This document shows, in pieces, positions 13,687 through 25,309 of a DNA stretch of 64,000 nt. The position numbers and the translations under genes are program-made. The number at the start of each line of letters is the position of its first letter. Position 1 is the stretch's first letter. The stretch spans positions 42,780,001 through 42,844,000 of the forward strand of contig OX597832.1 of assembly GCA_951406725.2 (NCBI GenBank), given 5' to 3'. The notes under the pieces were generated by a model. That model was given only the letters and a program-made list of their open reading frames with translations. It did no database searches and was not told where the DNA came from. The stretch comes from Octopus vulgaris. Lineage: Eukaryota.

Positions 13687-14680
13687 GGAGGCACAATGGC
13701 CCAGTGGTTAGGGCAGCGGACTCGCGGTCGGGAGGATCGCAATTTCGATTCCCAGACCGGGCGTTGTGTGTGTTTATTGAGCGAAAAAAACCTAAAAGCT
13801 CTACGAGGCTCCGGCAGGGGGTGGTGGTTACCCCTGTTGTACTGCAATCAAAATCGGTGACCATGTGACATGTTTCCCGCCGTTTTCTTGTTTCTTTAGT
13901 CATTCCTGCTATTATCACTTTCTCGGAGGCGCAATGGCCCAGTGGTTAGGGCAGCGGACTCGCGGTCGTAGGATCGCGGTTTCGATTCCAAGACCGGGCG
14001 TTGTGCGTGTTTATTGAGCGAAAACACCTAAAAGCTCCACGAGGCTCCGGCAGGGGGATGGTGGTGATCCCTGCTGTACTCTTTCACCACAACTTTCTCT
14101 CACTCTTATTTCCTGTTTCTGTTGTACCTGTATTTCAAAGGGCCGGCCTTGTCACTCTCTGTGTCACGCTGAATATCCCCCGAGAACTACGTTAAGGGTA
14201 CACGTGTCTGTGGAGTGCTCAGCCACTTGCACGTTAATTTCACGAGCAGGCTGTTCCGTTGATTCGGATCAACCGGAATCCTCGTCGTCGGAACCGACGG
14301 AGTGCTTCCACCTGTATTTCAAAGGGCCGGCCTTGTCACTCTCTGTGTCACGCTGAATATATCCCCGAGAACTACGTTAAGGGTGCACGTGTCTGTGAAG
14401 TGCTCAGCCACTTACACGTTTAATTTCACGAGCAGGCTGTTCCGTTGGTTGGTCGGATCAACCGGAACCCTCGTCGTCGTTACCGACGGAGTGCTTCGAC
14501 CTGTATTTCAAATGGCCGGCCTTGTCACTCTCTGTGTCACGCTGAATATCCCCGAGAACTACGTTGTTAAGGGTACACGTGTCTGTGGAGTGCTCAGCCG
14601 CTTACACGTTAATTTCACGAGCAGGCTGTTCCGTTGATTCGGATCAACTGGAACCTTCATCGTCGCAACCGACGGAGTGC
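13687..14680 (+). mobile_element. SINE family C: partial copy (13687-13845) and full copy (13925-14680) with triplicated tail type 1
   Basis: A box TGGCCCAGTGG, B box GTTTCGATTCC. Tail unit ACCTGTATTTCAAA...GACGGAGTGC starts at ~14127, ~14310 and ~14499. Confidence 0.9.
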
Positions 14681-14961
14681 ATCCATCATCTATCACTTTC
14701 TACAGCTACGTTATACTTTCCACTTGTGTTTCTACTCTGGTTGTTTGTGTTGATGTTATGTTGTTCTTACTTAATTTTTTTTTACCGATGTTGATGTTAT
14801 TGCTACTGATGTGATTGCTGCCACTGTTATCATTGTAGCTGTTGTTATTGTTGTCATTGTTGTTGTTGTTGTTAAATATGTTGTTTTATATCATAACGGA
14901 TTTTCATGTTACTTTTTTAAAACAGTTAATACCGCTACTGTTATTATTGTCATTGTTATTA

Positions 14962-15068
<107 letters not shown>

Positions 15069-15512
15069 GTTGTTGTTGTTATTACAGGTGCTGTTGCTGT
15101 TGTTCTTGTTGTTCTTGTTGTTGTATTGGTTGTTGTTATTTTATGATGATAGTGGCGCCGTTGTTATCGTCGTTGTTCTTGTTGCGGCTGTTGTTTTTTT
15201 GTTTTTGTTTTTGTTTTTGTTTTTTGTCTTTTGTTTTTTTCGGGGGTGGGGGTACCGGAGTGAAAGGTCAAATGACTTTGGTGTGAGTGAATGCTATGCA
15301 TGTTTCTCATGATTTCATCAGACAACACCACATGCCAAAACTGTAGACAAACACACGGGCACATACTCACACACACACAGACACACACACACACACGCAC
15401 ACGCATACCCGTACCCACACACACACACACACACACACATACCCTCTTATCTGTTGGTGCTCTTGTATCGTACGTCTCTGTCTCTATCACTTTCTCTATG
15501 TATAGCCATTTT

Positions 15513-15618
<106 letters not shown>

Positions 15619-15630
15619 TATATGTATGTA

Positions 15631-15696
<66 letters not shown>

Positions 15697-15715
15697 TATA
15701 TGCATGTATATATGC

Positions 15716-15752
<37 letters not shown>

Positions 15753-16136
15753 AGCTTCTATGAATGTATAATTACATATATATATGTATATGCATACATA
15801 CATATATATACATACATGTGTGTGTGTACATACATACATGCAATATGTATATATATATATATATATATATATGAATGTACGTATTTATGCATGTATGTAT
15901 ATTCATACTTATACATATATGCACATTCATACAATAGAACACATAAATACGCGTGCACATACATTGCCCACCCACACAGACACACACATATACACACGCA
16001 CATTTTGACACCAATCTGCGGTCAGATCACGTCCTCTTGTGTGTTCCACTCACAGAACTCCAATACTAAGAGAGCTGATCAGATGAACTGGTCAGACCCT
16101 GAATCAATGCTTCAGATCAGAAATAATAATAATGAT

Positions 16137-16240
<104 letters not shown>

Positions 16241-16279
16241 GTTATAATAATAATAATAATAATGATGGTGATGATAATG

Positions 16280-16337
<58 letters not shown>

Positions 16338-16659
16338 TGATGCTGATCAGATAATTAGCTGTAGTAATTGTAGAGAATGGTAAGAATGCGTAGAATCTTT
16401 TGTCCTTCACCGTTAAGAAAAGTCATGGACCGACATCGAAAATTAATGAGAAAGAAATACGTGATCAAAATCTAATTGATGATTGCGGAAACATCTATTA
16501 GTTATGGAGGCTAATACTGCGATAAATATTTGGAAACTGATTACGAAAGAGGATGACAAATTAGGCGGATAAACAAATATTCAGCGAGTAAGAATGAGTT
16601 TATTTATCCTGGACGTAATAATGGTACAACGTAATAAGGAGACGCGTTGGCAGAGTTTG

Positions 16660-17022
16660 CAGGAGTGGCTGTGTGGTAAGTAGCTCGCTTACCAGCCACA
16701 TGGTTCTGAGTTCAGTCCCACTGTGTGGCACCTTGGGCAAGTGTCTTCTGCTATGGCCTTCGGGCCGACCAAAGCCTTGTGAGTGGATTTGGTTGACGGA
16801 AACTGAAGGAAGCCCGTCGTATATATGTATATGTATATATATGTGTGTATATGTTTGTGTGTCTGTGTTTGTCCCCCTAGCATTGCTTGACAACCGATGC
16901 TGGTGTGTTTACGTCCCCGTAACTTAGCGGTTCGGTGAGGTCGATTTGCTCAATTAAAGGCGGTGCACCAGCATGGCCGCAGTCAAATGACTGAAACAAG
17001 TAAAAGAGAGTAAAAGAGTAAA
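16660..17022 (+). mobile_element. SINE family B with internal deletion
   Basis: Head AGGAGTGGCTGTGTGGTAAG, internal (TA/TG)n, 3' end GAAACAAGTAAAAGAG. Confidence 0.9.
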
Positions 17023-17034
17023 AGGTTGAACTCC

Positions 17035-17422
17035 GCTGTACTCTTTCACCACAACTTTCTCTCACTTTTTCTTCCTACTTCTGCCACAAAGCAGAAACTT
17101 TCAGACCCTAGTCTAGATTGCGAATCCTCTGTACCCCAGGATGTTCCAGCTCTCCACCCGTTAAAAGCCACCGTTTACGGAATGAGGATAACAAGGTAGC
17201 TTTCGCGCCCGTGCAACCGCCAGTCTTTTGCGTGTGGTGGGTGGATCTTCAAGTTGCCGCACGCACTCTTAGTAGCTTAGAGTAGGCTCGAATTAGAGAT
17301 TATTCTTTGTGGCTAATGGCGTGAGTCCTGATTGGAAGAAGAAGAAGAAGAAGAAGAAGAAGAAGAAGAAGAAGAAGAAGAAGAAGAAGAAGAAGAAGAA
17401 GAAGAAGAAGAAGAAGAAGAAG
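17035..17422 (+). mobile_element. 5'-truncated SINE C body with a distinct tail (type 4) ending in (AAG)n
   Basis: GCTGTACTCTTTCACCACAACTTTCTCTCACT followed by ~270 bp unique sequence and a long (AAG)n. Confidence 0.6.
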
Positions 17423-17523
17423 ACGACAGCAGCAGTCACATTCAACTGCAACAGAAATCACACAGACTAACACCCGTGTACGAAAGGAGATTACCGCTAC
17501 CATGAATAAAGGACACCTTATAA

Positions 17524-17726
17524 CAGGGGTGGGCAAACATTTTTGATCGCGGGCCGCACAGTGCGTCTTTGGAACCTTGGCGGGCCTCATTTATACAAAT
17601 CAAGTGAAAATATTTTTAAAGACGGTTATAGACCTATAAACACACAATTGATTGAAAGGAAATTTTGTGAAATATTCCTCTCGGCGGGCCGCATGCGGCC
17701 CGCGGGCCGTAGTTTGCCCACCCCTG
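17524..17726. mobile_element. hAT-superfamily MITE (203 bp), complete
   Basis: Perfect 15-bp TIRs CAGGGGTGGGCAAAC/GTTTGCCCACCCCTG, perfect 8-bp TSD CCTTATAA (17516-17523 and 17727-17734), subterminal GCGGGCCG motifs. Confidence 0.95.
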
Positions 17727-17872
17727 CCTTATAAGAATGCCTTCCTAAATACATCAACACAAACACACAGACACACTTATACACACAAGGATAGCAACAA
17801 ATCTGCATTCTCCTCCTCCTGCTCCCCTTCCCCCTCCCCTTCTCCGCTTCCTCCTCCTCCTCCCCCTCCTCA

Positions 17873-17938
<66 letters not shown>

Positions 17939-18417
17939 CCTTTCGTTGTTTTTTCTGCCTTCTCTCCATTTTCTCATCAAATACCAGGGAGAAGTAAGAC
18001 GTGGAAACGTTCCCTTAAAGGGCAAAACGAAAAGCACATCAGTCGGTTATCCAATTCCGAATAAGAAAAGAAGAGAGAGAGAGATTGACGAAATGCCAAA
18101 AGAGCCCTTAGCAACCGCAGCCATCCACCACAACCAACCGAATCCGCTACCATCCCATCACCTTCACCATCACCGTCACTGCAACAACTCCCAACAACAT
18201 TAACAACAACAATAATTAGATCTGCGACCACGAGCGAAGCTAACATGGATTTAGACAGATTGCATCGTGTCCTGCAGGTCATAATCTAACCGATAAGAAT
18301 ACAATATACAGAGTCCAGTTCCTATAAGTTAGACATTTTGTTTCCTGTTCGCAGAGATCAGCTTAACGTTTAAGTTAAATGGTCGTTGACGAGAAAAGTC
18401 AGAATAGAATCGATAGG

Positions 18418-18577
18418 CGTAGGAGTGGCCGTGTGGTAAGTAGCTTGCTTACGAACCACACGGTTCCGGGTTCAGTCCCATTGCGTGGCACCTTGGGCAA
18501 GTGTCTTCTGCTATGGCCTCGGGCCGACCAGAGCCTTGTGAGTGAATTTGGTAGACGGAAACTGAAAAAAGCCCGTC

Positions 18578-18647
<70 letters not shown>

Positions 18648-18715
18648 ATTTCGGCAGACGAAATACCACTAAGCATATCACCCGGCGTGCTAACGTTTGT
18701 GCCAGCTCGCCGCCT
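18418..18715. mobile_element. SINE B 5' half (+) and SINE A head fragment (-)
   Basis: Homology to family copies. Confidence 0.85.
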
Positions 18716-19117
18716 TCTGTATTTTCCACAGGGGGCAACGGATGAGAGGATATTACAGCGACAAATTTCTAAAACTGTGAAGGAGAGTTCAGCAGAATTG
18801 TTTACGAAAACTGGCAAGGAAAACAGAGTCTTATACAAATATAATAAAATGAGATGTCACAATGAGAGGACCAGTCAGCTGAGCACAGTGAAGGAAACCC
18901 CACAGATTCTGGATTATTGTTACCGTGAAGGGTAATTGTCGTCTTTCAATAGGCAATTGTGTTCTCGGGCCTACAGCGGGGTTACGCTGAGAGTAGACAC
19001 AGTCATGTGAATCTGTCTATGATAATATTCGTCGATCGTTTCTAGTCAGATCAGATCAGATCAGATATACAATCTGATTTGAATAGACAAACATACTGAT
19101 GGATAGGCTTACAGAAA

Positions 19118-19227
<110 letters not shown>

Positions 19228-19449
19228 CAGAGAGTCATCAGCAAAATCAAATAGAGTGAGATATAAATAGTAAGACACACGGAAATACATAAACTCTCAT
19301 AGTTTACTGCAAACATATATAAACATATTTCGAGAAAAGAATGAGATTACGATATACACACACGAACGCACACACATTCACATACACGCACATGCACACG
19401 CACACACACACACACATATATATATATACATATATACATATATACATAC

Positions 19450-19506
<57 letters not shown>

Positions 19507-19520
19507 GTATATGTATATAT

Positions 19521-19593
19521 CCAATAATACTATATTTGTTCCACGTCCTCGCGTTGTTGTGTTTCCTCTTTGTGTTTTCATGTTTGGATCAAC

Positions 19594-19594
<1 letters not shown>
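19521..19594 (+). mobile_element. 5'-truncated copy of the HHR-bearing element at 20543-20747, within (TA)n
   Basis: CCAATAATACTATATTTGTTCCACGTCCTCGCGTTGTTGTG...AACT then (AT)n; matches 20672-20747. Confidence 0.8.
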
Positions 19595-19626
<32 letters not shown>

Positions 19627-19789
19627 ATATATATATATGTATTAATATATACACATATATATATATATGCATATTTATATACACATACATACATATATAT
19701 TTATAGAGAGAATTTAATAAATACATATGTATTGTAGGTATGTGTATTTACACAGAGAGATTGATAGATAGACAGCTAAAGAGAAAGAA

Positions 19790-19856
<67 letters not shown>

Positions 19857-20542
19857 AGACAAACAGTCAAGCAGTGAGGTGAAAGGAAAAAAAAAAGAAA
19901 AGGAGAAAGAAAGAAGGGTAGAAGACAAACAGACAAACGATAAGAAAGACAGACAGACAGAAAAAAAAGAAAGAAAAAAATAAAGGAAGAAAGAAAGAAA
20001 GATGTAGATCTGATAAAAGACAAACTATGGTCGTTTTCTTTTTCTTTAAAGAAAGGTTATATCAACATTTATAATATGAGAGAGAACAAAATAGAATTTA
20101 TTCACTTTTAATGGCTTCGTCTCCAGGACTACATCATATTATTTCATCTTTACGGTCTTCTTGGTCGTTCTTGTTTGACAAATGGCTTGATTTGGGTCCG
20201 TGTGTTTGAATTGTAATGTATACAACTTAGGACAACTTAGCAGCGTCGCAGTGTCTGTCTAAAAAGACGTATATTCATACAATTGTCTTCGTAGAGGATA
20301 TACGCTCTTATATTTACTCTTATCGGGGATTTTTTATTTTTATTTTGCTGTAGCAGACGAGAAATGAGAGCTCTGCAATTTGTTGCTCAGCAGTGGTTGC
20401 GTGGTAAGTGCCGACCAAAGCTTTGCGAATGGATTTGGTAGACGGAAACTGTAGACGTCCCCGTAACTTAGCGGTTGGGCAAAAGAGTCCGATAGAATAA
20501 GTACTATGCTTACAAAGACGGAGACCGAAAGAAGCCCGTCGT

Positions 20543-20747
20543 CGCGTGTGTACCGTTGGCGATTTTTTTCCCTCCGTCTTCCCTTCTCTGGATCTTTCCT
20601 TTTCCTATGTCTCTGACGAAGAGCTCCGCTCGAAACGTTAAACCCTCCTTCTCCCCTTCCTTCCTGAGCGTCCAATAACATTATACTTGTTCCACGTCCT
20701 CGCGTTGTTGTGTTTTCTCTTTGTGTTTTCATGCTTGAATTAACTTT
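20543..20747 (+). mobile_element. Short Penelope-like (pLTR-type) element at the internal microsatellite position of a SINE B
   Basis: Carries a minimal HHR, ends in (TA)n, and splits a SINE B (20388-20541 and 20975-21175). Confidence 0.65.
20609..20643 (+). ncRNA. Minimal type I hammerhead ribozyme (dimer type)
   Basis: GTCT-CTGACGA-A-GAGC-TCC-GCTC-GAAA-CGTT^AAAC: core boxes present, 4-bp stem II, loopless palindromic stem III (ACGT), stem I with one mismatch. Confidence 0.75.
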
Positions 20748-20750
20748 ATA

Positions 20751-20786
<36 letters not shown>

Positions 20787-21284
20787 TGTATGTATGTATG
20801 TATGTATGTATGTATGTATGTATGTATGTACGTACGTACGTATGTATGTATGTATGTATGTATGTATGTATGTATGTGTGTGTATGTATGTATGTGTGTG
20901 TGTATGTGTGTACGTACGTATGTATGTATGTATGTATGTATGTATGTATGTATGTATGTATGTATGTATGTATTTGTGTGTCTGTGTTTGTCCCACCACC
21001 ATTGCTTGACAACCGATCTTGGTGTGTTTACGTCTCCGTAACTTAGCGGTTGGACAAAAGAGAACGATAGAATAGGTACTAGGCTTACAGAGAGTGAGAC
21101 CTGGGGGTCGATTTGTTCGACTAAAGGCTGTGCTCCAGCATCGCTGCCGTCAAATGACTGAAACAAGTAAAAGAATAAAAAAAAATAAAAAAGCTGCACA
21201 GCTGATTTGTTTATTGTGATCGAACGTTTGTGCTGCACATAAGCTCACGCCCCCCCTCCCCCTCCCCCTCCACCAAGCCGACAT

Positions 21285-21445
21285 TACCTGTACAGGTGCG
21301 TCGAGTGCCACGCGTCAGGTATCGAAGTGATCGCAGCGCAACGTGAAATGAAGTTTTGCTCAATAACACAGCACACCGCCCGGCCCGTGATTCGAAACCG
21401 CGATCTTTACGATCATGAGTGTAACAGATAACCATTAGGTCACGC
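21285..21445 (-). mobile_element. SINE family D-related, diverged
   Basis: tRNA-like head (GTTTCGAATCACGGGCCGGGCG) and TTGAGCAAAAC..ATTTCACGTTGC, similar to 37822-38162. Confidence 0.7.
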
Positions 21446-21847
21446 GCACATACTTTCACTTTCGGGTGAAAGGTGTGCGCGCGATGTGACAACAAAGTCA
21501 CGTGCGCACACTTTCACTTTTATAAACGACTGCCTAAAATAAGCGTACATTGTTATATTTACACATTGTCCTTCTAGAAGCCTAATAAAACGATTTTTAA
21601 GAGTTTTCTCAAGGTTAAAAGGTCTTCTTTTAAATTAGCGTTAGTTCGCTCAACTCATTTCAACTTTGTCGCTAAGTCGAAAGACATTTTATATAGACGT
21701 ATATTTCTCTGTGTCACTTTGTATTTTCTCGGTTATTGTCCTTGCTTATATCAGTGTTTTGCCTTTTATTTCATTTCCACTTTTACTTTCTTCTTCTCAT
21801 AACTCATCTATAATTTACCCTTCTGCCTACAGACTTTAGCTTTACGA

Positions 21848-22455
21848 AGCTTGAGAGGCGGTTGGATGGAACCTACACTCGCCTCCTTATGAGAGCTCAA
21901 AATCTCTCGTGGAAGCGTCATCCAACCAAAGTACAAATATATGGGAAACTACCACCTGTGTCATCTCTTGTGAAAGGTAGGAGAGTCCAGTTTGCTGGAC
22001 ATTGTTGTAGAGCTGAAAAAGAGGTAATTTCTACTCTTCTCCTCTGGAAGCCATCTGCTCGCGATACCAGAGGGCGCACACTCTTTGAGAGGCAGTTGGA
22101 TGGAACCTACACTCGCCTCCTTATGAGAGCTCAAAATCTCTCGTGGAAGCGCCATCCAACCAAAATGCAAATATATGGGAAACTACCACCTGTGTCATCT
22201 CTTGTGAAAGGTAAGAGAGTCCAGTTTGCTGGACATTGTTGTAGAGCTGAAAACGAGGTAATTTCTACTCTTCTCCTCTGGAAGCCATCTGCTCGCAATA
22301 CCAGAGAGCGCACAATTTCCTACCCTGATGTAATCTCCAGGGATACAGGCATCCAGCAACAGGACCTCCGTAATGCCATGATGGACCGTGAAGTCTGGCG
22401 TAGCATGGTAAATTCCATTGTCTCGACCACGGTAGAACAATGATGATGATGATGG
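21848..22455 (+). mobile_element. RTE-clade LINE 3' end (ORF C-terminus) with a 234-bp in-frame tandem duplication and (TGA)n tail
   Basis: LDGTYTRLLMRAQNLSWKRH...RRVQFAGHCCR...LLWKP...AMMDREVWR is the typical RTE C-terminal pattern. The stop codon runs directly into (TGA)n. Confidence 0.88.
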
Positions 22456-22706
22456 TGTAATTCCCCCCAAACATTTATTTTCTGTGTTTGTTTGTCCATC
22501 ATGCCCGCTCGTTTATACTCTGGCAATTGATGTCGCTCTCATTGCCAAACTGAACAATATTGTCGGTTGGTGTCGAAATTGTGATGTTATTTGGTCGACA
22601 CCTAGTGGCGGATGAGCACGACAATGCCTGTGGTCCTTTTTCTTTTCCCTATATTCACTTGTCGTTTTTTTTTTTGCGCCATCTTTTTCATGGGATATAT
22701 ATAAGC

Positions 22707-23105
22707 TCAGGAGTGGCTGTGTGGTAAGTAGCTTGCTTACCAATCACATGGTTCCGGGTTCAGTCCCACTGCGTGGCACCTAGGGCAAGTGTCTTCTACT
22801 TTAGCCTCGGGCCGACCAAAGCCTTGTGAGTGGATTTGGTAGACGGAAACTGAAAGAAGCCCGTCGTATATATGTATGTATAGGTGTGTGTGCGTGTATG
22901 TTTGTGTGTATGTGTTTGTCCCCCTAGCATTGCTTGACAACCGATGCTGGTGTGTTGACGTCCCCGTCACTTAGCGGTTCGGCAAAAGAGACCGAGAGAA
23001 TAAGTACTGGGCTTACAAAGAATAAGTCCCGGAGTCGAGTTGCTCGACTAAAGGCGGTGCTCCAGCATGGCCGCAGTCAAATGACTGAAACAAGTAAAAG
23101 AGTAA
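22707..23105 (+). mobile_element. SINE family B, full length
   Basis: A box TGGCTGTGTGG, B box GGTTCAGTCCC, CORE-like ACCT(T/A)GGGCAAGTG, internal microsatellite, 3' (GTAAAAGA)n. Confidence 0.92.
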
Positions 23106-23887
23106 AAAGAGTATATATGTCGAAAATGTTGTGTAGTGGATGAGATTGTAAAAAAAAGAGGGCAGACATTTTTCTCTTGACTTCCTCAAGTTTCACTTGT
23201 AAAAGGAAGTGAAGTGGAGGTAGAAGATTTCCCCTTCGGTGAATTTGTCACAAACTGGTTGACTGTGGGGAATATGGTATGAATGGAATCATACGGGTGA
23301 ACGGAACTACTCTAAGCATGGGCCTTTAGATTGGAGAACAGCAGATGCATGAGAACATGTGCTCTTGGCACGTGTGTGTGTGTGTCCGTATGTGTGTTGG
23401 TATGTGTGTATGTAAGTATGTATACATGTATATAAATTACTACATACACACACACATACACACATACCTTCACAGACGTCACATTAATGCAGTTTCAATT
23501 TGTGTTCAGTTTCCGGTCAATTAAAAATCAATCAGGTCTCAGTAAAATTTAAAAAAAACAAAACAAAACAAAAATAAAACGTCACAGTTAAGTGGCAGAC
23601 GACACTTAGCTTGCAAAATTACCGGAATATGGCGGGAGAATGAGTAACACTAATATTGCAGGGATTAGGCACTTTTACTATAGGTTCGTTTTACTCACTA
23701 CCTTGTGCGTAGTACCTACCTACCTACTTACGTACATACATACATACATACATACCTACATACCTGCATACATACATACATACATACATACATACATACA
23801 TACATACATACATACATACATACATACATACACACATATATACATACGTACATACACACACACACACACATACATATATATATACAT

Positions 23888-24022
23888 ACGACAGGCTTCT
23901 TTCAGTTTCCGTCCACCAAATCCACTTACAAGGCTTTGGTCTGCCCGAGGCTATAGTAGAAGACACTTGCCTAAGGTGCCACGCAGTGGAACTGAAGCCG
24001 GAACCATGTGGTTGCTAAGCAA
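23888..24022 (-). mobile_element. SINE B 5' half
   Basis: Homology to family copies. Confidence 0.85.
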
Positions 24023-24270
24023 GCCAGTGGAGAATTTCTACTCCACTGAAACCGGGATATATATATATATATATATATGTTAATAAAATAGAACATATGC
24101 ATATATATAAACATATATGTACGTACCTACCTCTACATGTACATATACACGCATATATGTGTACAGGACACCAAAAAGACGTCGAACACATAGAGAGACG
24201 AAAAACATAGACACAAACCAAGGAACAGGACAAGCAAAAAGAAAAAAGAGATACAGGACAATAAGCACAA

Positions 24271-24361
24271 CGAAAAATCCCCTTCTTCAGTCGCTAAGGT
24301 TTCATCTACTCTACGTTTCGAAGGATAAAAGCGAGACGTATACTTCGAAGAAACTTCCTTC
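24271..24361 (-). ncRNA. Non-circularly permuted hammerhead ribozyme, copy 1
   Basis: RNA: GAAGGA A GUUUC UU CGAAG UA UACGUC^UCGCU UUUA UCCUUC GAAACGUA GAGUAGAU GAAAC CUU AGCGA CUGAAGA AGGGGAUU UUUCG. Stems I, II and III plus two extra helices all pair. Confidence 0.75.
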
Positions 24362-25218
24362 CTGCGAAAAGCAAATCAATTAAAATTCTGAGATCTTTTC
24401 GCAGAGGGGTAAAAAATGGTAAAAAAAGCAAGACGATAACGACAGTACAAACATATAAACAGTAAAAAAAAAAAAAAAATTATATATAAACAGTTGAAAA
24501 ATAAATATATAACAGTGAGAGACAGGACAAGGAGAACAAGATAAGAAGGGCTGTTTACGCCAGACGAAAAAAGTAATGCAAACGCTGGATTATAGTGGAC
24601 GACGAGAGAGAAAGAATGTCGACCAGTGGCCTTAGAAGGCGGGCGAGAAAAGACAGGATAGCAGTTACGACGGAAGTATCGTCGCAGATGGACGACGGGA
24701 ATGGGGGAGGAGGAGCAAGAGGAAGAGAGAGAAGAAGGGGAATGGTGCGAGGAGACCATGAAGAATGGTGAGGGGAGAGAGAGAATGAAGAATGAGAGAG
24801 AGAGGAAGAGACAAGTTAAGTGAGGGAAAAAGGACGAAAAGGGAATGGGAGAGAAAGAAAGAAAGATGCAGAGTCGCGTGAGAGTTAATATCAAGGCTAA
24901 CTTGATAAACAGAACAATCTTACTTAATAGGGTGCGTGCGTTTAGTCGTATAATATGTTAATAAAATAGAACATATGCATATATATAAACATATATGTAT
25001 GTACATACATATATATATATATATGTTAATAAAATAGAACATATGCATATATATAAACATATATGTACGTACCTACCTCTACATGTACATATACACGCAT
25101 ATATGGGTACAGGACACCAAAAAGACGTCGAACACATAGAGAGACGAAAAACATAGACACAAACCAAGGAACAGGACAAGCAAAAAAGAAAAAAAGAGAT
25201 ACAGGACAATAAGCACAA

Positions 25219-25309
25219 CGAAAAATCCCCTTCTTCAGTCGCTAAGGTTTCATCTACTCTACGTTTCGAAGGATAAAAGCGAGACGTATACTTCGAAGAA
25301 ACTTCCTTC
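25219..25309 (-). ncRNA. Non-circularly permuted hammerhead ribozyme, copy 2 (identical to copy 1)
   Basis: Same sequence, offset by 948 bp. Confidence 0.75.

Noticed and set aside
13925-14000. tRNA genes at SINE heads (also 37822 and 46463)
   Set aside because: A and B boxes are present, but there is no proper acceptor or anticodon stem and each continues into a SINE body.
15285-15330. Minus-strand CTGATGA...GAAAC
   Set aside because: Stem II is too short and stems I/III are unconvincing; probably chance.
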